DNA of 64,000 bases. Source: an uncultured virus (IMG/VR IMGVR_UViG_3300025288_000019) (taxonomy: Duplodnaviria; Heunggongvirae; Uroviricota; Caudoviricetes; Schitoviridae). Every line of letters begins with the position of its first letter. Positions within the stretch are counted from its first letter, which is position 1. Position numbers and translations under genes: made by a program. The notes under the pieces are model-generated. The model was not told the DNA's origin, made no database searches, and worked only from the letters and a program-made list of their open reading frames with translations. This document shows positions 26,305 to 36,690 of this stretch, in pieces. Location: the IMG/VR virus record IMGVR_UViG_3300025288_000019; one strand, given 5' to 3'.

Positions 26305-28865
26305 AAACTAAGTACGAGAAGAAAACTGTGGAAGAGTGGCTTAACACCGTAGACTATACCTTTGCTGGTTACATGCCTACTGCTGAAGCTCTGCTATTCG
26401 TAAACTTTATTAAAGAAGTAAATGGAGGTGCAGAAGAGAATGAAACTCCACTAGTACACTTGGTAATGATGGATAATGTGTTTAACCTTAACAAACGATG
26501 TGCTATCCTTTGCCATCGTGGTGTGGGTAAAACAACTTTATTCGGAGAATACCTGGTTCTTTTTATTGCAGCATTTGGTTATTTGCCTGGTTTTGGCAAA
26601 ACTAACCTTATTTTATATGTCACAGACAGTATTGAAAATGGAGTTAAAAACCTTAGGCGTAATGTAGAATTTCGCTATAATGAAAGTGAATTCTTACAAA
26701 AAATGATTCCCAATCAAAGAATTAGCATGGGAACTGATGGTAGTGGTTTTGTTAACACAGCTAAATATGATGAACAAAGCGGCAATGGTAGAAAATTTAC
26801 AGATATTCGTTTAGAATTTAAAAATAATAAAGGGCACAATCTCGTTGTTAAAGGGTATGGAGCAAAAGCACTTAGTTTAGACACTTTAACGCTAATGGCA
26901 GATGGTACACAAAAACTAATTACTGAAGTACAGATAGGTGACTGTGTGGTTAATCCAGGCAACTCTGCTAGTAAAGACTCCCCTAACTATGTTACAGTAA
27001 TTGGTAAAAGTGAAATATTTAACCGTCCAATGTATAAAATTTCACTAGAAGATGGACGTTATGTAAAAGTATGTGAAGACCATCTAAATAGTGTAATTTT
27101 AAGGCTAAACCAAAATAGTAAAGTCAGCTATGCTAAGGCAGTCTTAACCACAAAAAACTTACTAAAACTACAGCGTATTAAAAATAGGGAATGGAAAGAT
27201 AAATGTACCAATACTTCACATGGAAATCTTTTCTTTATAGAAAACACTAACGTAGTGCATTTTCCAGATCAAGTGTATACAACTGACCCTTACACGTTAG
27301 GATTATTATTAGGTGTTGGTTTAGCAGGTAAAACCAATAAAAGCTTAACCTTAACAAACCATACTGGTAACAGATTCACTCCTAAAAATTACTTAATAGG
27401 GTCAGCAGCACAAAGAGTGCAGTTACTACGGGGTTTAATGGATTCTTCTGGTTCAATATGGAAAAATAGAAAAATATATTTCTGCAGCAATTCAGAAAAA
27501 CTAGTTGATGATGTGTCATTTTTAGTGCGTAGTCTTGGAGGTACCGCAAAAAAGAGAAAATTAAAGAAAACATATAAAATTGAAATATGGATTTCTATAA
27601 ATCCGTTTAGACTAGCGGAAAAAGCCTGTAGATTCACTTCTGCTGGGTTTAAACCATTAGTGGCAATCACTAGCATCGAAAGAATCCCTGACGAGCCTAG
27701 CCAGTGTATAGCTGTTTCTGGAGATTTACAGGAATTTATAGTAAATGATTTTATTAGAACACATAATACAGGGGTACGTGGTGCAAAAGAACTTGGGCAA
27801 CGCCCAACAGTGGCTATTCTTGATGACTTGATTAGTGATACTGATGCTGAATCCCAAACAATTATCAAGACAATAGAAAATACTGTCTATAAAGCTGTGT
27901 CAAAAGCACTCAGTCCTACTAAGCAAAAAATGATTTGGCTGGGCACTCCATTTAATGCTCGTGACCCATTGTATAAAGCAGTCGAATCAGGAGCTTGGGG
28001 GGTAAGTGTATTTCCTATTTGTGAACATTTTCCTGTTGATAAGAATAATTTTAAAGGCAGTTGGGAAGATAGATTTACATATGAATATGTTTTAGATGAG
28101 TACAATGAAGCGCAAGCTCTAGGGTTACCTGCTAACTTTAACCAGGAGTTAATGTTGAGAATTATGTCAGATGAAGATAGGCTAGTCTTCGACAATGAGA
28201 TAGGCTGGTATAGCTACGAGTCACTCTTAAAGAGAAAGGGTGCTTTCAATTTTTATATTACTACTGACTTTGCAACAAGCGACAAAGAAGCTAGTGACTA
28301 TTCTGTAATTGCTGTATGGGCTTTAAATCATCTAGGGCAATGGTTTTGGGTTGACGGGGTATGTGCAAAGCAGAATATGGGTAAGAATATGGATGAACTA
28401 TTTAGACTGGCTCAAAAATGGAAACCGCAGGCTGTAGGAATTGAAGTTAGCGGTCAGCAAGGCGGGTTTATTCCATGGATTCAGAGTCAAATGATGGATA
28501 AAAATATATTCTTTACTCTAGCCAGTGACAGCAATCATGGGCAACCTGGGATTAGACCCAATACGAACAAGATGGTTAGGTTTAATGTCATGGTTCCACA
28601 TTTTAAAGCACATAATATCTTTTTCCCTACTGAAAAAAGACAAACATCTATCATACAAGAATACGAAAATGAACTAGCACTAGCAAGTCCAGCAGGTTTT
28701 AAGAGTAAACATGACGACTGCATAGATACAATATCTATGTTGGGCTGTTTAGTAGTGTGGCGACCAAGTGAAGAAGTACCTATTGTAACAAAGAAAGATT
28801 CAAATATTTGGGAAATAGAAGACGACGAACAAAATACTGGACGTATACAATCTTATATTGTATAA
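26301..28865 (+). CDS. terL: Terminase large subunit (N4 gp68-like) with intein
   Basis: CHRGVGKTT Walker A, AILDD Walker B, TTDFATS nuclease, HDDCID. Confidence 0.95.
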   Translation: MKTKYEKKTVEEWLNTVDYTFAGYMPTAEALLFVNFIKEVNGGAEENETPLVHLVMMDNVFNLNKRCAILCHRGVGKTTLFGEYLVLFIAAFGYLPGFGKTNLILYVTDSIENGVKNLRRNVEFRYNESEFLQKMIPNQRISMGTDGSGFVNTAKYDEQSGNGRKFTDIRLEFKNNKGHNLVVKGYGAKALSLDTLTLMADGTQKLITEVQIGDCVVNPGNSASKDSPNYVTVIGKSEIFNRPMYKISLEDGRYVKVCEDHLNSVILRLNQNSKVSYAKAVLTTKNLLKLQRIKNREWKDKCTNTSHGNLFFIENTNVVHFPDQVYTTDPYTLGLLLGVGLAGKTNKSLTLTNHTGNRFTPKNYLIGSAAQRVQLLRGLMDSSGSIWKNRKIYFCSNSEKLVDDVSFLVRSLGGTAKKRKLKKTYKIEIWISINPFRLAEKACRFTSAGFKPLVAITSIERIPDEPSQCIAVSGDLQEFIVNDFIRTHNTGVRGAKELGQRPTVAILDDLISDTDAESQTIIKTIENTVYKAVSKALSPTKQKMIWLGTPFNARDPLYKAVESGAWGVSVFPICEHFPVDKNNFKGSWEDRFTYEYVLDEYNEAQALGLPANFNQELMLRIMSDEDRLVFDNEIGWYSYESLLKRKGAFNFYITTDFATSDKEASDYSVIAVWALNHLGQWFWVDGVCAKQNMGKNMDELFRLAQKWKPQAVGIEVSGQQGGFIPWIQSQMMDKNIFFTLASDSNHGQPGIRPNTNKMVRFNVMVPHFKAHNIFFPTEKRQTSIIQEYENELALASPAGFKSKHDDCIDTISMLGCLVVWRPSEEVPIVTKKDSNIWEIEDDEQNTGRIQSYIV
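26868..27767 (+). mobile_element. 300-aa intein (Ala1, class 3-type) with degenerate LAGLIDADG domain
   Basis: Interrupts GYGAK/TGVRG; starts ALSLDT; block B VCEDH; block F SQCIAV; ends RTHN followed by Thr. Confidence 0.9.
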
Positions 28866-28897
28866 AAGTTTAGAATACACTCTAAAGAGGCTTTATT

Positions 28898-29617
28898 ATG
28901 CTAACATTACAAGATTTATTCGATATGCTTGCTTATGGTGAGTTAAGCAGACTTGCTGTAGGTAACTCTACACTAGGAACAATAGTTGAAGCTGATCACC
29001 CTAAGATAGTATCACATATAAATCTTGGTTTAACTGAACTACACAAACGGTTTAACTTAAAACAACGTGATTTAAAGCTGCATCAAGTTACAGGAGTTAA
29101 CACATATTACTTGCGTTCTACATATGCTGCTGTTACAGAATATGTAGATGACACTACTTACATTGAACACACTGTAGAAGAGCCATTTACAGATGATTTG
29201 TTAAAAGTTCTTAGTATTAAGACACCAGATGGCACAGAATTACCTATAAATGACTCTACTAAAAATAATTGGGTTAGTATTCCTCTATTTGACACTTTAA
29301 TTTTCTCTAATATTAGTGTACCCGAGATAGTAACAGTGCACTATCAAGCTGACCATCCTAAAATTGTTGTTGAAAACAGCTTTAACGCAAAAAATATAGA
29401 CTTATTTATTCCAAATTACATACTTGATCCTCTTCTTTTATTTATAGCAGGTAGAATTGTTAGAGGAATGAATACCTCTCCTGCTGAAGGTAGCACACAG
29501 CCTGTTAATACATTTATGTACCAGTATGAACTAGCATGTAAAAAGTTAGAAACTCTTGGTATCATGACAGATGACAACACAACTAGATTGATTTTTGACA
29601 CAAGAGGATTTGTATAA
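28898..29617 (+). CDS. N4 gp67-like head-tail adaptor
   Basis: LAYGELS, HINLGLTELHKRF, YQADHP, C-terminal RGFV; synteny. Confidence 0.8.
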   Translation: MLTLQDLFDMLAYGELSRLAVGNSTLGTIVEADHPKIVSHINLGLTELHKRFNLKQRDLKLHQVTGVNTYYLRSTYAAVTEYVDDTTYIEHTVEEPFTDDLLKVLSIKTPDGTELPINDSTKNNWVSIPLFDTLIFSNISVPEIVTVHYQADHPKIVVENSFNAKNIDLFIPNYILDPLLLFIAGRIVRGMNTSPAEGSTQPVNTFMYQYELACKKLETLGIMTDDNTTRLIFDTRGFV

Positions 29618-30027
29618 TGCAACCTGGTAAATATGACATAAAAATCTATCGTGGTAGTACATTTGGTATTTCCTTAACTGCCTCAGATGATAATGGCCCA
29701 ATAGCTTTTTTACAAACATACACATCTGCACGTATGCAAATACGTCCTAGCTGGGATATAAGTAAACCAGGGCATACTGTAAGAACTCCGCTGTTAGAAC
29801 TGACTACGGCTAATGGTAGGCTTCGTTTTGAACAAGTTGGGTTAGAAGCTCCCTATGTGGAATCGCTAACTATTGAGCTATCCGCAGCAGAAACAGCAGC
29901 ATTAAAATGGAATAGTGGAGTGTACGAATTAGAACTTGTTATTGATAGTGGCACTCCAGAGGCTGTGCCTATTGTTGATAAATTTTTATACGGTACTGTA
30001 AATGTAACAGGAGAAGTTACTGTATGA
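29617..30027 (+). CDS. BppU-like tail appendage adaptor
   Basis: IYRGSTF...SARMQIR...GVYELEL...GTVNVTGEVT pattern. Confidence 0.6.
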   Translation: MQPGKYDIKIYRGSTFGISLTASDDNGPIAFLQTYTSARMQIRPSWDISKPGHTVRTPLLELTTANGRLRFEQVGLEAPYVESLTIELSAAETAALKWNSGVYELELVIDSGTPEAVPIVDKFLYGTVNVTGEVTV

Positions 30028-33000
30028 GTAGTTTACCTGTCAAAGTTACAGTTGTTGAGCGTCCTATTTATATTAACGCAAAGGACAATACTCCTACTCA
30101 GATTAACATTGCTGAACAGGGTACAACTGTCAAAGTTTTGAACTCAAACCCTGTCGTAACAGTCAAAGGTGGGGGAAACCCAACTATTAACGTTGCTTTA
30201 ACAGGAGGACGTGGGCCAGTATGGCTACCTGGGCAAACTGCTGATGTTAAAGAAATTGTACACTTAATGCGTGGTTTAGTAACTGAGTTAGAAATCGAAG
30301 AAACATTTTTAAACAGGATCAATTTAACTCACGATACTTTGCAGGCTTACGTGAATCTGTTTGATTCTTTATTTGGTTCAGATGGGTCAGATTATCATAA
30401 TGTTAAGACTTACCTGTCACAAACAGGTGCTTCTATTGACCAGATTGCTCTTGATGTCAGTGTTCACGATCATAATATAACAGCTTTAATGAGCGAAATA
30501 TCACAGCAGGCAACTAAAATTAACCTAGCTGTTACATCCTTAAAAGACTTAAATGATCCTGGTGGATTTATTGACTATGCTAGTAGCCATATTGCTATAG
30601 CTGCTGAACAGATTGCCATGCAATCTCAGCAAATTACTGATATGGCAGGGATGATCGATAGTAAATACGGCGAATTTATTGTTAGTGCAGATAGTATCTA
30701 CGCACATGTAAACAATATTGAAGGTCAAGCTAATACTGGTTTTAACGATATTAAAAATTTAACAATAGAGCATGACGCACATATTACACTGTTAGCTGAT
30801 TCTATAGAGTTAGGCCTGATGACTGTTAACACTCAAACTAATGAGTTATATACTGCCACGCAGACACTAACAGCAGCTAACGATTTATTAGCTTTACACG
30901 TTGAATCCCTTGATAGCACAGCTAGTGAAATGACAGCTATCCGTTCTATGATGGCTAATTATTTTGGTATTACTGTTACAGAAGACAACCAGGGGAATAA
31001 GATGATCTCCGGGTTTAAAATGTTAGTACACCAAAATTGGATTTTAGAAGCACACAATTACGCTATTGGTGACACATGCTGGTATATAGACAGCGCATAT
31101 AAGTGTATTTTAGCACATGAATCTAACAACCAGAATAATCCTGTAGCAGGAATTGGTGTGTATTGGCAGTTAATACCCGAAGAAGACAAGTCTGTGTTTA
31201 GTATTGATGCAAATAACTTTGTAGTGTCTTCTGTGTCTGGTACAAATGTTACACCTAAAAAAATATTTCTTGTTGATGCAGATTCTGGAGAAATAACACT
31301 TAATGCAAGTATGATTGTCGGAGGTGATTTACGATCTGCTAACTTTAGTGATGCCTTAAAAACTGGCTATGAATTAAGCCATAACACGGGTACGGCTAAA
31401 TTTTATAATATACAGATGCAATTAACTTCTACTTCTGATCTTACTGGTGTACCTATTGAAAATTTTCATCCTACTTTTGTAGCTTTTTCTGAGAATGCCG
31501 CTGCTGCTGCTGCAAACGCTGATTATGCTATGAGCAGAATTAACGATATTACCAGTGACACTGTAATTGACCCCAGTGAAAAGTCTGCGTTATTGCAAGA
31601 GTATAATATTTTAATCGCAGAACAAGCACAATTAGTAGATAGAGCAAATCAGTATAGTATTATAACGGAAAGAAATGCTTATAACACAGCTATAACAGCA
31701 TTAACAAGTTATTGTTTGCCATATATTAGTGATCCTTCTACTGCTGCTCAATTACCAGATAGCACTACTTTTAATAGTAAGTTTACTGATGTATATGCTG
31801 CTAAAAATAATTTATTAACAAAAATACTTGAAAAATCAGGCATACTGATTACAGCGACAGCAGTTGATGTTGCAGATGCTCTTGGTAGAATTGATGATAT
31901 TACTGATGATAGTATAATTGATCCTAGTGAAAAACCTGCTCTATTACAAGAATATGATATTTTAGTTGCTGAACAAGCAAATTTAGTAACTAAAGCAACT
32001 CAATATGGCATTATTACTGAAAAAAATAACTATAGTGCAGCTATGAGCGCACTTATAAGTTATTGCCCTCAGTATATGGCTAATCCTACTATTTCTACAC
32101 AATTACCAGATAGCACTACTTTTAAGACTAAATTTTCTAATGCATACAAAACAAAAAGTATTCTACTAGCCAGGATGATTGAGTCAGCAGGGTTATCTGC
32201 TGTTTGGAGTAGTGTGTCAAATATTCCTACTGATAAAATATACGCCAATGACGCAGCGACAACACTAGGATTTAACCCATCGTTTGAAAAATGGACAGGC
32301 GCACTGCCTGATGGTTGGTCAAACTGGAGCGGGGCTTCTCCCACAAAGGAGACCACTATAGTTAGATACGGTTCAAATTCAGTTAAAATGGTATGCCCAG
32401 GGGGGGCTACTCAAGCTGTTGGGCTGCACAAAGCAGTTATGTGGAACACCGCTCCTTTGCCTCTTGGGAGTTTTGTAGCAGGGACTATAGATTTTTATAT
32501 AGCTTCTGCCATAGGAGTAGGAAAACCTGCTATATACGTAGTACTATATTACAACTCTAGTGAAGCTGAAGGTTTCATTTTTACTCCTGACACCAGTATA
32601 CTTAACGCTTGGCAAAAAATTCCTTTTTCTTGCAGGTTAAAAGGTGCTGCCAGAAGAATTTGTGGGGTACGGATTTATATACTTGGGACATGGAGTGCCA
32701 CTAATTATTACCAAGGAACTTGTTATGTGGATGGCTTAACTTTCCACATATTTGACGCAGCGATAGATAATGCTACATTAGGATATAATGGTAGTACAAC
32801 AACTATTGATGGGGGGAAGATACACGCAGATTCCAGTATTAGTATCGGGCAAACAGCCAATGTTGCCGGAAATAGATATTGCCTTATCAATGGGGGCGAC
32901 ATAACTTTTTATGATTATTACAATTCTCAGTTTAATGCTTATAAATCGCTGAGTAAAATAGTCACGGGGACATGCGCTCACAACGCAACAACGAATATTG

Positions 33001-33686
33001 GGTATTGGAGAGTCCCCCCAAAAGTTATGGTCTCCCCCAATTCTATCACCACTTATAAGCCTAGTGGAGTCAACCAAGAACAATCCCTGCAACTGTCAGC
33101 AAGTGTAACTCATACAGGAGGAAATATATACCAGTTTACTCCTGTATGCCGTTTAGTTTTTGGTACAGGAGGTTACACACAAACAGCACCAGCATTTAAC
33201 ACAGTCACTGTACGTGACGATTTAGTTGACGCAGGTGGTAGTTATGGCTGGTGGGAAGGTACAAGCACAGCAACTTCAAGGCCAACTACAAGATCTGTAA
33301 CTGTGAATTTTGATTGGAGTACACAGTTCGCTGTGCAACCGGGATCAGCATCTTATGAGTATGACGGTATAGTGTACTTTAAGTTAAAGTATTACACAAA
33401 TGGTTGGTATGACGGGCCTACTGTCTCATTAGCGGTGACTCCGGTGTCAAGGGATATGCTATACACAGGAAGCTCTACTGTTTCCTGCTCTGCTTCAACA
33501 GACATACTTTACATCAAGATGTGTATGTATAAAACATATGGCACTGCGTGGCGCTTTTCTACAAGTAATGTGTTTTCCCAACGCTACACTGATAATGTCA
33601 TGACTTGCACCTCTGCCACTTTAACCGTAGGTTCCTCAGTGGCAGAAGCGGTGGGAACGTTAAATTACGTAGCCATAGGAGGCTGA
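30024..33686 (+). CDS. Large tail fibre/appendage protein with coiled coil and CBM-like modules
   Basis: Heptad-rich N-half, YAIGDTCWY...YWQL CBM5/12-like motif, NPSFEKW..PDGW CBM-like motif, 117-aa internal duplication. Confidence 0.75.
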   Translation: MSSLPVKVTVVERPIYINAKDNTPTQINIAEQGTTVKVLNSNPVVTVKGGGNPTINVALTGGRGPVWLPGQTADVKEIVHLMRGLVTELEIEETFLNRINLTHDTLQAYVNLFDSLFGSDGSDYHNVKTYLSQTGASIDQIALDVSVHDHNITALMSEISQQATKINLAVTSLKDLNDPGGFIDYASSHIAIAAEQIAMQSQQITDMAGMIDSKYGEFIVSADSIYAHVNNIEGQANTGFNDIKNLTIEHDAHITLLADSIELGLMTVNTQTNELYTATQTLTAANDLLALHVESLDSTASEMTAIRSMMANYFGITVTEDNQGNKMISGFKMLVHQNWILEAHNYAIGDTCWYIDSAYKCILAHESNNQNNPVAGIGVYWQLIPEEDKSVFSIDANNFVVSSVSGTNVTPKKIFLVDADSGEITLNASMIVGGDLRSANFSDALKTGYELSHNTGTAKFYNIQMQLTSTSDLTGVPIENFHPTFVAFSENAAAAAANADYAMSRINDITSDTVIDPSEKSALLQEYNILIAEQAQLVDRANQYSIITERNAYNTAITALTSYCLPYISDPSTAAQLPDSTTFNSKFTDVYAAKNNLLTKILEKSGILITATAVDVADALGRIDDITDDSIIDPSEKPALLQEYDILVAEQANLVTKATQYGIITEKNNYSAAMSALISYCPQYMANPTISTQLPDSTTFKTKFSNAYKTKSILLARMIESAGLSAVWSSVSNIPTDKIYANDAATTLGFNPSFEKWTGALPDGWSNWSGASPTKETTIVRYGSNSVKMVCPGGATQAVGLHKAVMWNTAPLPLGSFVAGTIDFYIASAIGVGKPAIYVVLYYNSSEAEGFIFTPDTSILNAWQKIPFSCRLKGAARRICGVRIYILGTWSATNYYQGTCYVDGLTFHIFDAAIDNATLGYNGSTTTIDGGKIHADSSISIGQTANVAGNRYCLINGGDITFYDYYNSQFNAYKSLSKIVTGTCAHNATTNIGYWRVPPKVMVSPNSITTYKPSGVNQEQSLQLSASVTHTGGNIYQFTPVCRLVFGTGGYTQTAPAFNTVTVRDDLVDAGGSYGWWEGTSTATSRPTTRSVTVNFDWSTQFAVQPGSASYEYDGIVYFKLKYYTNGWYDGPTVSLAVTPVSRDMLYTGSSTVSCSASTDILYIKMCMYKTYGTAWRFSTSNVFSQRYTDNVMTCTSATLTVGSSVAEAVGTLNYVAIGG

Positions 33687-33690
33687 TGAC

Positions 33691-34074
33691 ATGCCAAGGG
33701 AAGACTATTCTCCTCTTTTATGGGGGCGCTTACACGAAGATTTTCCAGATGAATTTCCTGCCCTCACAGCCGAGGAACAACAGGTTATCGATGAACACGA
33801 GATACGCCAACGTTACTCCCTCTTGATGGCACAAGTCGCACAGCCATACACACAAACAGAAAGGGAAACATGGTTCACCCAACTCAAAGAAGCAGACGAG
33901 TATATCGCAGATAACACAGTGAGCACACCTATGTTGTCAGCAATGGCTACAGCCCGTAATATTACAGTAGCTACTCTAGCTGCTAAAATTAAAGAAAATG
34001 ATGCCTTATTTAGACAAGCTATTGGCACTTTATTAGGCCAGCAGCAAGCAGAACTTGACGCATTAGCAGTATAA
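33691..34074 (+). CDS. Tail fibre assembly chaperone
   Basis: YTQTERETWFTQLKEA...TPMLSAMATARNI...LLGQQQ motif, directly after the fibre. Confidence 0.75.
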   Translation: MPREDYSPLLWGRLHEDFPDEFPALTAEEQQVIDEHEIRQRYSLLMAQVAQPYTQTERETWFTQLKEADEYIADNTVSTPMLSAMATARNITVATLAAKIKENDALFRQAIGTLLGQQQAELDALAV

Positions 34075-34115
34075 AATATTTGATAGTAAAAATTTAACTA
34101 TTCACAGGTATAGCA

Positions 34116-36284
34116 ATGGCAGATACCCCCCAAGTAGAGACACAAGCACTTACCGATTGGGTTAACGAACCCACAATTTTAGATTTAAAACAGAATATTA
34201 CAGATGCTAAGTCTGCCACTGATGAGTACACTGCTAATGTTAGTAGGTGGCTGGATGCTCGTAATATTACTGGGTCAGCCAAGATAGCAAAAATTACTGG
34301 TAGCTCTAATGTGCAACCAAGGTTAATTCGTAAACAAAATGAATGGCGATATTCATCTTTATCTGAGCCATTTTTAAGCACCTCAGATTTGTTTAATGTA
34401 AGGCCTGTAACAGCAGGAGATAGGAATAGGGCAAAACAAAATGAATTAGTTCTTAATAATCAAATTAACACTAAATTAGATAAAATTAAATTTATTGACG
34501 CTTATATTAGAGACGCTGTTGATACGGGTAGTGTAATAGTTAAAGTAGGTTGGGAAACAGAAGAAAGTGAAATTGAAGTAGAAGTACCTACATACGAGTT
34601 TGTACCAGATGAGACAGGACAAGCACCACAGCACTACACAACACTAATCCAAATGCAACAGCAAGACCCTGAAGCGTATGCTGACCGTAGCACTCCAGGG
34701 CTAGACCAAGCGTTACAGTTATTTTTAGAGACTGGTGAAGCATTGCTGCCTAAGCAAATAGGAACAGAAATCCAGACTAAAAAAATTGAATCAAAAAACC
34801 AGCCATGCTGGGAAATTATTGATTCTAATAATCTAATAGTTGATCCTTCTTGTAATGGTGACTTTAAAAAGGCAAGTTTTATCGCTGAAGCGTTTAAAAC
34901 ATCACTGGCAAATTTACAAAAAGATGGCAAATATACTAACTTAACAAAAATAGACATTGAAGCAGCCTCACCTGTAGCAAGTGCTGATTATGTTGATCCA
35001 GGAGACTCTAGTTTTAACTTTGCAGATAAATCGCGTAAGCAATTTGTAGTATACGAGTATTGGGGTTTATGGGACATTAAAAATAATGGGGTATTGGTAC
35101 CCATTGTTGCAGCATGGGTAGGTGATACACTTATTAGACTGGAAGAAAATAGGTTTCCTGATAAGAAGCATCCATTTGTTATCGCTGTGTATATGCCAGT
35201 GCGCAAGTCAGTATTTGGTGAACCAGACGCTGAATTACTTGAAGATAACCAAAAAATTATTGGAGCTGTAACAAGAGGAATGGTTGACCTACTGGGTAAG
35301 TCAGCCAATAGTCAAACAGGATTTAGAAGAGATTTTTTAGATGCAGCTAATAAACGTAAGTTTAATCGTGGTGAAGACTACGAATTTAACGCTGGTGTTG
35401 ATCCAAGAATGGGTGTGTTTACTCATGTTTACCCAGAGATACCCGCTTCTGCTATGACTATGCTGACTTTACAGAATAATGAAGCTGAAAGTTTAACGGG
35501 CATTAAAGCGTTTAGCCGAGGTATCTCTGGTGCTGCACTAGGTAACACAGCTACTGCTGTAAGAAGTGCCCTAGATGCTACAAGTAAGCGTGAGTTAGGT
35601 ATTTTGCGCAGGTTAGCAAGTGGCATTATTGAAATTGGCCGTAAATTTATTAGTATGAACGCAGTATTTCTTTCAGAAGAGGAAGTAATACGCATTACAG
35701 ATGAAGAGTTTATTCAAGTAAGAAGAGATGATTTAGCAGGCAATTTTGATCTTCAACTTAGTATTAGCACTGCTGAAGAAGATAATCAAAAAGCGGAAGA
35801 ACTTGCTTATATGTTACAAACTATTGGGAATAATATGGATCAAGGGATGACTAATATGATCCTTTCTGATATTGCAAGACTAAGAAAAATGCCTGATCTC
35901 GCTAAAAAAATTGAGCAATACCAACCTGAACCTAATCCTATGTTAGAGATGAAAATGCAACTTGAGATTGAACTGCTAAAAGCTCAAATTGCTAAAGAGC
36001 AATCTCTTACTATGCACCACTCAGCAACGGCTGAATTAGAAGGTGCTAGAGGAGTTAAAGAGACCACACAGGCACAGCTTAACTTAGTTAAATCTGGCAC
36101 TGAGAAGGCAAAGGCTAGACACCTAGGCAGCCAAGCTGACGTGCAAGATTTAAACTATCTTGAGCAAGAATCAGGAGTACATCAAGAACGAGACTTGCAA
36201 AAAATTGACAGACACCATGAGCATAATGTTAAAGAAAAAGCAGTTGATGCTTATCTTGCAAAGCCACAAGTAATAGGGGAATGA
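34116..36284 (+). CDS. Portal protein (N4 gp59-like)
   Basis: LTDWVNEPT, QPRLIRKQNEWRYSSLSEPFL, GEPDAELLEDNQ, EAESLTG. Confidence 0.93.
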   Translation: MADTPQVETQALTDWVNEPTILDLKQNITDAKSATDEYTANVSRWLDARNITGSAKIAKITGSSNVQPRLIRKQNEWRYSSLSEPFLSTSDLFNVRPVTAGDRNRAKQNELVLNNQINTKLDKIKFIDAYIRDAVDTGSVIVKVGWETEESEIEVEVPTYEFVPDETGQAPQHYTTLIQMQQQDPEAYADRSTPGLDQALQLFLETGEALLPKQIGTEIQTKKIESKNQPCWEIIDSNNLIVDPSCNGDFKKASFIAEAFKTSLANLQKDGKYTNLTKIDIEAASPVASADYVDPGDSSFNFADKSRKQFVVYEYWGLWDIKNNGVLVPIVAAWVGDTLIRLEENRFPDKKHPFVIAVYMPVRKSVFGEPDAELLEDNQKIIGAVTRGMVDLLGKSANSQTGFRRDFLDAANKRKFNRGEDYEFNAGVDPRMGVFTHVYPEIPASAMTMLTLQNNEAESLTGIKAFSRGISGAALGNTATAVRSALDATSKRELGILRRLASGIIEIGRKFISMNAVFLSEEEVIRITDEEFIQVRRDDLAGNFDLQLSISTAEEDNQKAEELAYMLQTIGNNMDQGMTNMILSDIARLRKMPDLAKKIEQYQPEPNPMLEMKMQLEIELLKAQIAKEQSLTMHHSATAELEGARGVKETTQAQLNLVKSGTEKAKARHLGSQADVQDLNYLEQESGVHQERDLQKIDRHHEHNVKEKAVDAYLAKPQVIGE

Positions 36285-36349
36285 CCAATAATGGTCAATA
36301 ATTATCTCTTCTGGTTTATACTAGAAGAGGACACACGAAAAGGTGATTT

Positions 36350-36688
36350 ATGAGTCAGAATGAGGAATCCCAAGCATTAGAAATGTCTATTGAGCAGGCT
36401 AGAGAAAAGATTGATCTTGGTTTAGCACTTGATAGACTAAAAAGTAACCCTGATTTTAAAAAGGTATTTTTAGACAAATATTTAAGTTCTTACGCTTTAC
36501 GCTTGGTTAATCTAAAAGCTGCACACCAGATGCAAGATGAGAAAAATCAAACTTACATTGTTAATCAGCTTAATGCTATTGGGCATTTAACTCAGTACAT
36601 GCACTTCATCGTTCAAGAAGCCTATCATTCAGCTAAAGCACTAGCTGACAGCGAGCAGGAACTTGAGTCTTTGCGTAGTGAGGTGTAA
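36350..36688 (+). CDS. N4 gp58-like protein
   Basis: LDRLKSNPDFKKV motif; synteny. Confidence 0.8.
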   Translation: MSQNEESQALEMSIEQAREKIDLGLALDRLKSNPDFKKVFLDKYLSSYALRLVNLKAAHQMQDEKNQTYIVNQLNAIGHLTQYMHFIVQEAYHSAKALADSEQELESLRSEV

Positions 36689-36690
36689 CT

